IMG/VR virus record: IMGVR_UViG_3300029267_001213
Span: 1 to 64,000 of that record
Direction: 5' to 3' (one strand)
From: a virus
Length of the DNA: 64,000 nucleotides
How positions within the stretch are numbered: position 1 is the first letter of the stretch; each line of letters begins with the position of its first letter. Of this stretch, positions 18,983-29,482 are shown one piece after another. Both the position numbers and the translations under genes were made by a program. The notes beneath the pieces are model-generated. The model did no database searches and was not told where the DNA came from. It was given only the letters and a program-made list of their open reading frames with translations.

Positions 18983-19578
18983 TGATAGGCGTACACGTAA
19001 CGGGACTGGATGCTGCTATTCACGGAACGGTTGCAGTTTCGCGGAAAATTAATCGAGCTATAGAATTTGGAACGATGAATGCAGCACAGGATTTACGTAA
19101 GGAAATCATTCAGGGGATTAATAAGCAAGCACCCGGCGGAAAAAAATTCAAGCCCCTGTCTCCTATGACTCTGGCGATACGGAAGGCACAGGGATTCGGC
19201 GGAAAGAAAGTACTGCTGCGAAGCGGATTTATGCGGGGCAGCATTAATGTAAAACGAGGTGCGGACAGGGCATCTGCATTTGTCGGCATTGCAAGAACAG
19301 CCAGAACGAAAAAAGGAGAAAAGCTGGTAAACATTGCTGCGGTTCATGAGTTCGGATTTAAGAAACCGAAGGTGATCAAGGTAACGCAGAAGATGCGTAA
19401 TTTTTTTATGGCACTTTATCTCGGCGGATTTACGAAAGGACCATTAAAGCAAAGCAAGCGACAGATTGTTCTTAATGTTCCGGCAAGGCCATTCCTTCGG
19501 CCGGCTCAAGAGGTATGGGCAAAAACGGCTCAAAAGAAATTCAGGCAGCGTATGAGCAGAAAGATGTTTGGTATGTAA
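18982..19578 (+). CDS. Neck / virion morphogenesis protein (Mu gpG, HK97 gp10-like)
   Basis: KPLSPMTL, AAVHEFG and VPARPFLRPA motifs; basic. Confidence 0.8.
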   Translation: MIGVHVTGLDAAIHGTVAVSRKINRAIEFGTMNAAQDLRKEIIQGINKQAPGGKKFKPLSPMTLAIRKAQGFGGKKVLLRSGFMRGSINVKRGADRASAFVGIARTARTKKGEKLVNIAAVHEFGFKKPKVIKVTQKMRNFFMALYLGGFTKGPLKQSKRQIVLNVPARPFLRPAQEVWAKTAQKKFRQRMSRKMFGM

Positions 19579-20537
19579 TGGCAGTTCCAAGCATAAGCGC
19601 AGTAGTTCCCGGCGATGGAATTACCTTAGGCGGATACTTGATTGAAATTACGGGAACGAATTTTAGAATACCTCCAGTACCGCCAGCTGGATATACCGGG
19701 GGCGAAGCGCAGAGAACAGTCAAGGTAGAGATTGACGGTGTGGAATGCGATCTGGTTTATGAAGCAACAACAGCGAGGGTGTTTGCTTTGATACCTCCAT
19801 ATGCCGGGGATCCGGATGACTTGGCTAAGGACGTGGACGTAACGGTAACAAATCTGGACGATGATGGTGATCCGATACCGGGCGAAACAGTCACTCTGGT
19901 TGATGGATTCAAATATCATTATTTAGACTTAGCGATTGAGCAACCGGTTACGAACGTAGGACGCAAGCTGAAACATCTTATGGAGAGACGGATAACAAAG
20001 AACGTGTATCTGAGAACCAGTCCGGACTATGATGATACGGTCGCAGACGAGCTGGACAGAATTGCGGAGCAAGCTGGTGACGAACCTTGGGTGGCCATAA
20101 TCGGACCGACTCTTGAGCCAAATCCGGACTATCAGGAAAACGAATATCAGGAAAAAGAACTGGCTGGAGGTGAGTACAGTAACTTCAGAGAGGCGGTAGC
20201 ATGTGATTTGACTTACGAAATAGCCGGTGGAGCCTCTGGAGCAATGTCTCACCAGATAACTTTGAATTTATTGAATCTTCTGGTAATATTTATGAGACAG
20301 ACTACGCATGTGGAATTTGAGGTTGCAGGTTCGGGCGTAGACTTGGAGACTGAGGAAAGAGAGATAGAGTTGACCGGATACCCTAATTTAGTAGAATCGA
20401 CAAACATAGACGGACGGTTTCGGTTCGTATCTGAAATAAAGGTGATTGGAGTGCCGGTTGACTTGAGAGACAGATTCGAGGCAATAAGAACTGCGGAGCT
20501 GGACGAGGATCCAGATTTCGACTTTTATGGCGAGTAG
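19578..20537 (+). CDS. Tail completion protein with N-terminal IPT/TIG domain
   Basis: PSISAVVPGDGITLGGYLIEITGTNF; ATG overlaps the upstream stop. Confidence 0.6.
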   Translation: MAVPSISAVVPGDGITLGGYLIEITGTNFRIPPVPPAGYTGGEAQRTVKVEIDGVECDLVYEATTARVFALIPPYAGDPDDLAKDVDVTVTNLDDDGDPIPGETVTLVDGFKYHYLDLAIEQPVTNVGRKLKHLMERRITKNVYLRTSPDYDDTVADELDRIAEQAGDEPWVAIIGPTLEPNPDYQENEYQEKELAGGEYSNFREAVACDLTYEIAGGASGAMSHQITLNLLNLLVIFMRQTTHVEFEVAGSGVDLETEEREIELTGYPNLVESTNIDGRFRFVSEIKVIGVPVDLRDRFEAIRTAELDEDPDFDFYGE

Positions 20538-20546
20538 GAGGTCGAT

Positions 20547-20939
20547 GTGGTTATCATAAAAAACGTAAGCAAACAGCAATTCATTTTTACTCTGGTGCAT
20601 GATATTTATTGCATCGGAGCAGGAAAATGTGAATGCGAAACCAAAGAGGTTCAGACTACCGTCCATGATCCGAAAACAGGCAAGCGTGGTATTAAGGTCG
20701 TTGAGAAAAAAATTCCGAAGGCCGTTTACATCAGACCGGGCTTTACTACAAAGCCGATAAACAACGTAGTAAGAAATCTTCCTGATATTCAGGGCGGATT
20801 GAATGCCAAGCCGAAAAGAATAAAGCTTTTCGATTACGAGGAGCCGACGGTATCGACTTCCGAGCCGAAGACCAGTACAAGGACGGTAACAAATACACAG
20901 ACAAAAAAGCCGATTAAGCGCAGACGCAAAAAGAAATAA
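20547..20939 (+). CDS. Hypothetical protein
   Basis: GTG start with AGGAGG RBS, just before the sheath gene. Confidence 0.6.
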   Translation: MVIIKNVSKQQFIFTLVHDIYCIGAGKCECETKEVQTTVHDPKTGKRGIKVVEKKIPKAVYIRPGFTTKPINNVVRNLPDIQGGLNAKPKRIKLFDYEEPTVSTSEPKTSTRTVTNTQTKKPIKRRRKKK

Positions 20940-21009
20940 TACCAGCTAGAACCAGACATAGAGATAGGAGCAGAGTCAGGGACGTAGCGTTCCAATACGG
21001 AGGTATAAT

Positions 21010-23211
21010 ATGGAACTCCTATCTGCAAAAGTAGTAATAAGAGAAGAAGCCCCTAAGATCAGATCTGCTCCGAGTTTACCGACGGCGGTACTTGGAATTG
21101 TAGGTGTAACGGAACGTGGTCCACTGGATCAGACACTTCTGGTTACATCATGGGGAGAGTACGTATCTCAGTACGGTAATTACATTACGGACAGCGATGT
21201 TCCGTTGGCAGTGCATTCTTTCTTCATTAATGATGGAAAGTATCTCTACATGAGAAGGATATGTCACTTTACGGACGTGGACAGTCCATCATCGTTTACC
21301 GCGGTCAAGGCATCGAGAATGCTTCAGACAGATGGTGGCGGTGCAACAGCCGGGGCGGTTGTCTCAAGCAACTCGGCACCGTTCGAGCTGGCTGATGGAG
21401 ATACGCTGGACATCACAACGGACTTGGGCGGACCTACTACGGCAACATTTAACGGCACGGCTCCAAGCGTAACGGATACGACTTCTTATCCAGTGGGACC
21501 CGGAACGGGTGTTCTACAGGTCAAGGTAGATCAGGGCAGTACTCAGAGCATAACGTTTGCTGGAACTGAGACTACGGCGGATGACATTGCGGCAACAATC
21601 AATGCACAGATTGAAGGCGCGAGAGCAATAGTCGTAGCTGGTCCACAGGTGAAGATCGAATCTGACAAAAAAGGTACTGGCGGATATGTCGAAATCGTGG
21701 CTAATCCTTCGGCGAATCCCTTGCTTACTTTTTCGACTTCGGAAGTGCAGGGCGGAGGAAATGTTGCGGACATCGAAGCGGTAACAGGGGCCGAAGTCAA
21801 GAGCGTGGTTGAAGGTGCGGTATCAGGAGTTGAGGTATCCGGCGATACTTACGTAACCATAGCCCGCAGCGATACCGGGTCAACCAAGTACGTGACGGTT
21901 GCGGCCTCGAGCACGGCAGACGATGAGATGGGATTCGACAATCTGCAGCACGACGGCACGGACGATTCTCCGCAAGATACTTTGAATGTCGAAGGCAAGA
22001 CGGAAGGGACTTATGCTCACAACGTAAAGACGAAGGTTGAAGACGCCAGCAATGGTGACAGCGACTATTTCAATTTTTACGTTCTGGAAGATGACATAAT
22101 CACGGAACGGTTTCCCGATGTGACAATGGAAGATGAAGCGGATCCGCGATATGTCGAGACGATAGTCAACGATGAAGATAACGGTTCAATGCTGATTCAG
22201 GTTGAGGATCAGGAACTGGCGGGAACAAGGCGACCGGCAAATCAGACATCGAGCGCATTGGCTGGCGGAGATGATGGACTGACCAGCTTGGCCGATGTGG
22301 ATTACATAGGCTCTGAAGCTGGAAAGACCGGCCTGTATGCTTTCGATATTATATCGGACATAACCTTGATAGCGGTTCCGGGCATAGCTACTTCAGGCGT
22401 GCAGAATGCAATGATTACATATTGCGATACACACAGAAGCGGAATGATGCACGCATGTCTGGATCCACCGGCGAGCCAGACTGCATTGCAGATGAAGACC
22501 TATGTTGAGACAACGGCATCGCTGAAGAACCTTTCAGAGCATGGATTCATATGGTGGCCGAGAATCAAGGTGGTCAATCCTAATGAGACCATTTACGGCA
22601 ATGAGAAATATGTCGTAATTCCACCGGCGGCATCATTGGCCGGTGTCATGGCTCGGAATGATTCACGAGGGCCCGGCGGAATTGCTGAAGCTCCAGCGGG
22701 AATTGAGTACGGATTGATCAAGGACTGCGTAGGTCTGGAGACGGACGAAGCTCTGGATCCGAAAAAGCGGGACTTGGTTTATCCGGCGTTGATTAATCCG
22801 ATAACCAAGATTGGAAGTTCGCCTTATCATTCAGACGGCAGCAGAACACTGAAGGAGAACGGCAACTGGCCGAGCATCGGACAGAGACGGCTGGTTACTT
22901 ACATCGAGAGGGTAGCGAGAATTGCTGTACTGTATGCCAAGCACAGGAATATCACGAGAAGACTCAAGAACAGTGTTGAAGGAACGATGGAACAGTTCCT
23001 TCTTGAGCTGACCAGCTTGGGAGTTTTTGCGTCAACAAAGCCAAGAGAGGCATTCTGGATTGACGTATCAGACGAGTTGAATCCACCGAGCGTGGCATTT
23101 GCAAGACAGGTCAGAGTAAGAATTGGTCTGGCGACTGCTTATCCGGGTGAGTTCATCATCATATCATTCTCACAGGATTTAAGGGCACTTGAGCAGGCGC
23201 TTCTTTTCTAA
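21010..23211 (+). CDS. Contractile tail sheath protein
   Basis: GIVGVTERGP, FFINDG, WWPRIKV, PPAASLAGVMARND, EAPAG and RRL motifs. Confidence 0.93.
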   Translation: MELLSAKVVIREEAPKIRSAPSLPTAVLGIVGVTERGPLDQTLLVTSWGEYVSQYGNYITDSDVPLAVHSFFINDGKYLYMRRICHFTDVDSPSSFTAVKASRMLQTDGGGATAGAVVSSNSAPFELADGDTLDITTDLGGPTTATFNGTAPSVTDTTSYPVGPGTGVLQVKVDQGSTQSITFAGTETTADDIAATINAQIEGARAIVVAGPQVKIESDKKGTGGYVEIVANPSANPLLTFSTSEVQGGGNVADIEAVTGAEVKSVVEGAVSGVEVSGDTYVTIARSDTGSTKYVTVAASSTADDEMGFDNLQHDGTDDSPQDTLNVEGKTEGTYAHNVKTKVEDASNGDSDYFNFYVLEDDIITERFPDVTMEDEADPRYVETIVNDEDNGSMLIQVEDQELAGTRRPANQTSSALAGGDDGLTSLADVDYIGSEAGKTGLYAFDIISDITLIAVPGIATSGVQNAMITYCDTHRSGMMHACLDPPASQTALQMKTYVETTASLKNLSEHGFIWWPRIKVVNPNETIYGNEKYVVIPPAASLAGVMARNDSRGPGGIAEAPAGIEYGLIKDCVGLETDEALDPKKRDLVYPALINPITKIGSSPYHSDGSRTLKENGNWPSIGQRRLVTYIERVARIAVLYAKHRNITRRLKNSVEGTMEQFLLELTSLGVFASTKPREAFWIDVSDELNPPSVAFARQVRVRIGLATAYPGEFIIISFSQDLRALEQALLF

Positions 23212-23223
23212 GGAGGAATAAAA

Positions 23224-23685
23224 ATGGCCAATGAAAGAAAAGACAGAGATAAAGGCTTTCTATTTCTGGTAGAAATCGGAGGCTTTAACAAGGCGGCTTT
23301 CCGGACGTGTTCACCTATCCGGCGGGATACGGAGATTATCGAAAACTGGGAAGGCGGCGAAATGATTGCGGACAAGGATCCGGGTCGGACCATGTTTGAT
23401 CCGATAACACTGGAACGGGCCATGACGGATAACGAAGAACTCCGGCAATGGTGCGAGGACGTGGTTAATTTCACAGAGGGCAATGCTGGTGTTCCATTGA
23501 ACGAGCTGAAAAAGACTGTGGACATCATACAGCTGGACAGGACAAGAACTCCTATCCGGAAGTACAGACTCCATGAATGCTGGCCAAATACGGATCAGAT
23601 AGGACCGTGGGACAACACTACCAGCGAAAATGTTTTGGAGTCTGTGACTCTTACATTTAAGTATTACACAAGAGAGCCGGTATAA
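23224..23685 (+). CDS. Tail tube protein (T4 gp19-like)
   Basis: FLVEIGG, KDPGR, ITLERAMT, ECWP and ESVTL motifs. Confidence 0.9.
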   Translation: MANERKDRDKGFLFLVEIGGFNKAAFRTCSPIRRDTEIIENWEGGEMIADKDPGRTMFDPITLERAMTDNEELRQWCEDVVNFTEGNAGVPLNELKKTVDIIQLDRTRTPIRKYRLHECWPNTDQIGPWDNTTSENVLESVTLTFKYYTREPV

Positions 23686-23727
23686 TTATCGGCTCTATAA
23701 AAGGCCAAGAACCAGAAGGAGGATAAG

Positions 23728-24654
23728 ATGACAGAACAAGACCATACCGTAAAAAATCAGGCAAGCGAGAGTCAGACAGAACCTTTACAGGATACGAGCG
23801 TCCAGAAATCGGAAGATACTGGACCGGAAAAGTCCAATGTTAAGCCTTTTCCCAAGCCCGGCAAAATGAAAAAGATCGTTTGTCCGTCTGGATTGACTGT
23901 GACTTTAAGAAAAATGCAGACACATGAGTACGATTATTTCGATGGTGCTACGGAAAGGGATGTTCCTACCATAACAACCAGCATATTGAATTCATGCACG
24001 GAACAGGTTCACAGTCCGGTTCCAGCGTTTTATTCATTATCTAAGGAAGGAAATCTCGACTGGATGAAGGTTCTTACCGGTGACAGACTATATGCTCTGG
24101 TGCAGCTCAGAATTCTTTCATTAGGAAGCAAGTACGAGTTTACGGTGCATTGTGAAAGGCCGTATTGTCCACGGATGATTCATTGGAAGGTAGATTTGGA
24201 CGAAGACATTCCTGTTCTGGACCTGCCGGATGAATCCCTTGAAGCATTATCGGCAAATAAGCCTTTATCTTTCAAGCTTCCGGACAGCGGTAATGTAGTC
24301 AAGTTTGTTCTTCCTACAGCCGAAATTGAAGAACGGTTGATGAAGATGGAGGATAACCAGTTTCAGACAAAGATAACGGCACAGCGTTTGCTTCACAGGA
24401 TTGTAGACATCGAAGGCGTTGAGCCTAATGACCGGTCTACGTTCTTGGACAAGATGGACATTGATGAGCTGGCGGAATTGCAGATAGCCATGGATGATGC
24501 CGATTGCGGAATAGATACGAACATCATAGTGCAGTGTGGTGGGTGTAAGGCGTCACAAGAGGTAAGTCTCCCTTTCGGACTAACTTTCTGGCTACCGAGT
24601 ACCTTAGAACGAAATCGACGAAGGCGGCGGCGCTCGAGATCTTCAAAGGAATAG
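23728..24654 (+). CDS. Tail assembly chaperone / T4 gp26-like hub protein
   Basis: LTGDRLYALVQLRILSLG, CxxC pairs, LPFGLTFW; lies between tube and tape measure. Confidence 0.7.
   Translation: MTEQDHTVKNQASESQTEPLQDTSVQKSEDTGPEKSNVKPFPKPGKMKKIVCPSGLTVTLRKMQTHEYDYFDGATERDVPTITTSILNSCTEQVHSPVPAFYSLSKEGNLDWMKVLTGDRLYALVQLRILSLGSKYEFTVHCERPYCPRMIHWKVDLDEDIPVLDLPDESLEALSANKPLSFKLPDSGNVVKFVLPTAEIEERLMKMEDNQFQTKITAQRLLHRIVDIEGVEPNDRSTFLDKMDIDELAELQIAMDDADCGIDTNIIVQCGGCKASQEVSLPFGLTFWLPSTLERNRRRRRRSRSSKE
24570..24576 (+). other. Programmed -1 frameshift slippery site C CCT TTC
   Basis: In-frame X XXY YYZ heptamer; the -1 frame is open from 24549 to the stop at 24881. Confidence 0.7.
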
Positions 24655-24674
24655 ATCATGAGTATCTGCATACC

Positions 24675-24881
24675 TTGGTCATTAATGCATGTCGGATGGA
24701 ATTGGGATGCGGGATAGCTGGAATAACGATGGAGCAGGCGTGGAGGATGACCATTGAAGACTTGGAGGACATCGCCAGAGCTTCGGTAGAAACAAGAAAA
24801 GCGGGACTCGGTGTCATAAAGGCGTTGGCCGAAATCGTAGCAAAGGCAGGTGGAATGAAGCTGAGATGGTCAAGAAAATGA
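24675..24881 (+). CDS. Frameshifted C-terminal extension of the tail chaperone
   Basis: -1 frame relative to 23728, no clear RBS of its own, abuts the tape measure gene. Confidence 0.6.
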   Translation: MVINACRMELGCGIAGITMEQAWRMTIEDLEDIARASVETRKAGLGVIKALAEIVAKAGGMKLRWSRK

Positions 24882-24888
24882 GATAGCT

Positions 24889-27345
24889 ATGGCACTCAAT
24901 CAATCCATGGGAATCGGTTTCGTCATTACAGGCAAAGACCTCGCTTCCCGACAAATCAACAAAGTCAAAGGTAATCTTAGAGGGTTAGGTAAGCAGTCCG
25001 AAGAGACTCAGCAGACTATGGAGTCAGCAATGAAGATGACTGCTGCTGGCATTGGATTGCTTACTGTAGGACTGGTCGGTTTGTCTGCGGAGATGAAGCT
25101 GGCTGGAGTAGCTGGTGAATTCGAACACGTAATGGCCGGGGTGGGTGCTACGGCACGGGCTTCCGAAGCAGAAATGAAAATGCTGAAACAGGCGGCGATT
25201 GAGGCTGGTATAGCAACGCAATTTTCGCCATTGGAAGCTGGACGTGGATTAAAGGTTCTGGCAGCGCAAGGTCTGGCGGCTTCGGATCAGGTTACAGCAT
25301 TGATTCCTGTACTGGACTTGGCTGCAGCTGGAGAAATATCCGTGGCGGAATCTGCGGAAGCCGCGGTCGGTGCCGTCAAAGCCTTCGGAATGGAAATGAC
25401 GGATTTGACCATGACGGCGGATAAAATGATGCGGGCTACGACTATTTCAAATTTACGAGCATCTGAGTTTTCAATTACGATGGGCCGGGCTGGTGCAATG
25501 GCAAAGACATTCGGTCAGTCTCTGGATGATACGCTGATTGGCCTTGGTGCCTTAAGAAATATGAACGTTCAGGCAAGCGTAGCAACAACGTCATACAATG
25601 AGGCGGTCAGGCGTCTGGCTGTTGACCAGGCAGGACAGCGTGAGGCACAGCGATTGGGCGTTCAGATATTCGATAAACAGACCGGCAAGATGCGGTCGGC
25701 TCTGGATATTATGCTGGACGTAGCTGAAGCTACAAAAGACTTGGGCGACAAGGAAAAAAATCGTGCATTGAATCAGATGTTCGGCGTGCGAGGCATTGCG
25801 GCGTTTAATGCTATTGCGGAAATAAATATCAAGACCATGAGAGACGGCAAGGAAGTAACCCTAAAGGGTGCCGAAGCTTTGAAAGAATATCGCAAACAGA
25901 TGAGCAGTGCTGGTGGAGCATCCGAAAAGTTCAGAGAGAAACTTCTTTCGACATACGAAGGACAGAAGACACTGTTGAAAGGTTCCATTGAGACGCTGGC
26001 TATTACGCTTGGAGAGCCTCTGGCCAATCTGTTCAAGCCCGGAGTAACGTTCATTATTGAGAAAGTTAATGAGCTTATTAAGGCATTTCAGGATATGGAT
26101 CCAGAAACAAAAAAATGGGTTGCCGGGATTGCTGTAGCAATTCCTGTAATGATTACGGTTGGCGGTGCGATACTTACAATAGTAGGAGCGTTTGCTTTGC
26201 TGAAGCTAGCTATTGTTGCAGCTGGAATTACTCTTGCAGGAATAGGCATGGGGTTTGTATGGGTAACGGCCATTATTGCCGGACTGGTTGCAGCCGGGGC
26301 ACTTCTTTATAAAGCGTATTCGGAAAATCTTGGTGGGCTTAAAGATTCCGTAGGTGACTTAGGTAAATCATTCAAAGGACTATTTGGTGCATTGAAAAAT
26401 ATCGGCAAGGCTTTCGTAGAAAATGAAAAAATAATGGCGGCATTAGGTTATGCTTTCACAGGTCTAGCGTGGATTGTGGGAAAAGTATTTTCGTTTATAG
26501 CGACTACCATTGAGACAGCGGTTGAAGTAATAAGAAATATTTTTGAAGGATTGGGGTTATTGCTGGAAGGTGACTTCAAAGGATTCGGTAAGAAAATGGT
26601 CCGGGCGCTTTTGTCAGCATTTACCGGAGTGGGCAAAGCTCTTGCGGAAGTGTTTGGTGTTGAGATGAAAGATATTCACAGTGAAGTAGATCTCACAATT
26701 ACTTGGATTACCGAGAAATCACTTAAAGCACTTGTGGCATGGAAAAAATTTAGACTTGAATTCCTAGTCAGCAAGGAAGGCAAGGCAGCACAGCAACTTA
26801 GATCTGATATTGAAAAACTGGAAAAAGAATTGTCCACAATGAAAACGGCTGCAGAATTGATGGCTGAACAGGAAAAAGGTCCTACAGGAAAAAGGCAGTT
26901 TGCAGGTGGTCCGGGTGTTTCGGAAATGCCAACTATAATGGATGACTTTATTAAGGAGATGGAATCTGCACAGCGCGAACAGCAAAAAATGAGCGTACCG
27001 CGAAAGAGAATTATTCACGAGACCGAAGAGTATGCAGATTACATCGAGCGCGGACCTGAGATGTCATTCGAAAGGCGTCCTGTATCTGAAGAAATTATGC
27101 AGGAGGCTTTAGGTCAGACGGCTGTTCCTGAAGAATACAGGGAAACAGAAAGACAGAATGTTAAACAGGCAATGCAGGAATCCATGGAAGCGACTGTTGA
27201 GCAATTAAGTACTCAATTAACGGATAAATTTTTGAATGGCATCAGCGGGATGAGTGTTACCATGGATCAGTATGAAGTTGGTCGCATTGTTACACATGGA
27301 GAGCGTGCTCGGCAGGATAGAGAATTAGGGGCCGGAGAAGAATAA
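24889..27345 (+). CDS. Tail tape measure protein (TP901 core)
   Basis: ATQFSPLEAG, VLDLAAAG, MRSALDIM motifs; hydrophobic middle segment. Confidence 0.92.
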   Translation: MALNQSMGIGFVITGKDLASRQINKVKGNLRGLGKQSEETQQTMESAMKMTAAGIGLLTVGLVGLSAEMKLAGVAGEFEHVMAGVGATARASEAEMKMLKQAAIEAGIATQFSPLEAGRGLKVLAAQGLAASDQVTALIPVLDLAAAGEISVAESAEAAVGAVKAFGMEMTDLTMTADKMMRATTISNLRASEFSITMGRAGAMAKTFGQSLDDTLIGLGALRNMNVQASVATTSYNEAVRRLAVDQAGQREAQRLGVQIFDKQTGKMRSALDIMLDVAEATKDLGDKEKNRALNQMFGVRGIAAFNAIAEINIKTMRDGKEVTLKGAEALKEYRKQMSSAGGASEKFREKLLSTYEGQKTLLKGSIETLAITLGEPLANLFKPGVTFIIEKVNELIKAFQDMDPETKKWVAGIAVAIPVMITVGGAILTIVGAFALLKLAIVAAGITLAGIGMGFVWVTAIIAGLVAAGALLYKAYSENLGGLKDSVGDLGKSFKGLFGALKNIGKAFVENEKIMAALGYAFTGLAWIVGKVFSFIATTIETAVEVIRNIFEGLGLLLEGDFKGFGKKMVRALLSAFTGVGKALAEVFGVEMKDIHSEVDLTITWITEKSLKALVAWKKFRLEFLVSKEGKAAQQLRSDIEKLEKELSTMKTAAELMAEQEKGPTGKRQFAGGPGVSEMPTIMDDFIKEMESAQREQQKMSVPRKRIIHETEEYADYIERGPEMSFERRPVSEEIMQEALGQTAVPEEYRETERQNVKQAMQESMEATVEQLSTQLTDKFLNGISGMSVTMDQYEVGRIVTHGERARQDRELGAGEE

Positions 27346-27863
27346 TGGGAAACGATAACAAGGTCATTCTTACAAACGAGGACATGGATCCTTCGAACAA
27401 TGACAGACAGTTAATACTTCAGTTTGTCCCTAATGAATTGAGCATGAGTGTAGCGGTCAAATGGGCAGAGACTCAGGTTTTAGGAATGTCTCACACGCCA
27501 TTGCAGTATCAATATACAGAAAACCAGAAATTACCGATGAAGATTGTGGTCATGCGCGGATTGATGACCAGAGACGCAATACTGGCAGACCCTCATGCGA
27601 GAAAGACGGAAAATTTTTTGTTGAGTCTTACGGTTCCCGGTCGTGACAGAAACGGCCAATTGATGTCCAGACCGCCGGTTGTGAAATTAACATGGCCGAA
27701 TATGATCACGGCGAATTGTGTACTGGCCAGCCTTAATCTGGTTCATCAGCGTTTTACCAAGGATCAGGAACGCTGGATGTATATGGCAAACTGTGAATTC
27801 ATAAGAGTAAGGGATAGTCGTGTATGGGGTGATCAATTGCTGGTGAAAGGACTCATGGGATGA
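27345..27863 (+). CDS. Tail tube initiator / baseplate tube protein
   Basis: QFVPNEL, LQYQYT, PPVVKLTW. Confidence 0.65.
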   Translation: MGNDNKVILTNEDMDPSNNDRQLILQFVPNELSMSVAVKWAETQVLGMSHTPLQYQYTENQKLPMKIVVMRGLMTRDAILADPHARKTENFLLSLTVPGRDRNGQLMSRPPVVKLTWPNMITANCVLASLNLVHQRFTKDQERWMYMANCEFIRVRDSRVWGDQLLVKGLMG

Positions 27864-28219
27864 CGGAACTGGAGAATATACCTGTTGGACTGTTGAGCAA
27901 GACAAGCCGGTATCAAGGATGCACGGCATGGGAAGATGACGACGGCAACTGGTATCTCGGTAGCCCCCCTGTCGAAGTGAAGTATCAGGACTGGCCGGAT
28001 AACAGAATTCATGTTGTACAGGAAGGCGACAGACCGTGGACACTGGCCGGCCGATTTTTCAAGCCAGTTCCTTTTCCTTCCCGGCTGTGGTGGATTATCT
28101 GTCAGTTTCAGCCGGACCCTATTCATGATCCTACTGTAAAGCTTGAAGTGGGTAGAGAGCTGTTTATTCCGTCAATCGAAAAGGTACAGACAAAAATACT
28201 GCCAAGCTTAAAGGAATGA
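27860..28219 (+). CDS. LysM / tail-X-like baseplate protein
   Basis: HVVQEGDRPWTLA, LWWII, GRELFIP. Confidence 0.7.
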   Translation: MTELENIPVGLLSKTSRYQGCTAWEDDDGNWYLGSPPVEVKYQDWPDNRIHVVQEGDRPWTLAGRFFKPVPFPSRLWWIICQFQPDPIHDPTVKLEVGRELFIPSIEKVQTKILPSLKE

Positions 28220-28222
28220 TAC

Positions 28223-29473
28223 ATGTTGGACAGAGGAGACCCGGTCGTAGCTGTAGAGCTTATCGAAGGAGATGGACCGGATGAGTTTATCGACTTTGGC
28301 GACCGGCTTGCAGCATTTGATTATGAGGACGTGGACCACGGCAAGGACTCTTGCAATATTCTTTTAAGAAACTGGAACCTGTCATTGCTTGAAGACCGGC
28401 GATTTGCCAGAGGTCAAAAGCTCAGAGTGTCGTGGGGATACAGCGGCGGTATGGCACCACCGAGAGACGTAGTAATCAAAAAAATTCATGGACTGGATTT
28501 GCTTCAGATAGCTTGCGAAGGAAAAGTTACTGAACTGGATCAGGAAGTTAAGGTCAGAGCTTGGGAGCAGATGACCGTTGGCGAGATAGCTGCGGAGATA
28601 GCATTCAATGAACAGAATCTGGATGGTAAGTTCGTACACATTGTAGAGCCGGACGGCATTACTCATGAGTGCATTAATCAGCATTATTCGGATGCAAGAT
28701 TTCTGGCGAAGCTGGCCAGAGATCATGGATGCGTTTTCTGTTTTAACCATACCGGATTCCATTTTCATCCACGGGATATGGCGGCAGCACCGAGGAAGGT
28801 TTTGATTTATCGAACGGACCCGGGCCGTGGAGATATTATTAAACTGGTTCCGGACAGTGACTTCAGTCGGTCGATAGGAAAGGTAGTAATAAAAAGTCGG
28901 GATCCTAATACCGGTGAAGAATTTGAAGTCGAAGCCAGCAATCAGGACACTGACAGAGATGGACTCGGCAAGGCATGGGAGGTAGGCAATCCAGCTACGG
29001 TATCAGGAAATCTGGCCAAGCGAAACGCTACGGCTATTACAAGATACGTATCCGGTGCGACTAAGGATCAAGCCAAGCTCGAAGCGCAGAAACGATTCAA
29101 GCTGGCAGCGCAATTTCGTTTTAAGCTTACGGCGTATTGCCATGGAGACCCGGTTCATTCGGCAAGAAATGTTTACGAGCTACAGGGAGCCGGTCAGTAT
29201 TTGGAAGGCAATTATTATTGTAAGCGAGCGAAGCATTCTATCAAGGGAAGTTATCAGACAGAGCTTTATTTAATACGAGATTCGGCATTGGAAGCTCCGA
29301 CGATAATAGATCCTGAGAAAAGCAATGCGGCAATCAATGATCAGGAGGTTGTAGATGACAGCCTTTTAAGACCTGTTGTAGTATGGGAAGATGGTCCTGA
29401 CGGACAGCCACAGCAGGTTATACAATGGCGCGATTCAAGAGGGAATATTGTGGATACGCCAGCACAACCATAG
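28223..29473 (+). CDS. Baseplate hub (gpD / Mu gp44-like)
   Basis: VSWGY, SDARFLAKLARDHG, EGNYYC...H motifs. Confidence 0.8.
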   Translation: MLDRGDPVVAVELIEGDGPDEFIDFGDRLAAFDYEDVDHGKDSCNILLRNWNLSLLEDRRFARGQKLRVSWGYSGGMAPPRDVVIKKIHGLDLLQIACEGKVTELDQEVKVRAWEQMTVGEIAAEIAFNEQNLDGKFVHIVEPDGITHECINQHYSDARFLAKLARDHGCVFCFNHTGFHFHPRDMAAAPRKVLIYRTDPGRGDIIKLVPDSDFSRSIGKVVIKSRDPNTGEEFEVEASNQDTDRDGLGKAWEVGNPATVSGNLAKRNATAITRYVSGATKDQAKLEAQKRFKLAAQFRFKLTAYCHGDPVHSARNVYELQGAGQYLEGNYYCKRAKHSIKGSYQTELYLIRDSALEAPTIIDPEKSNAAINDQEVVDDSLLRPVVVWEDGPDGQPQQVIQWRDSRGNIVDTPAQP

Positions 29474-29482
29474 GAGAAGACC

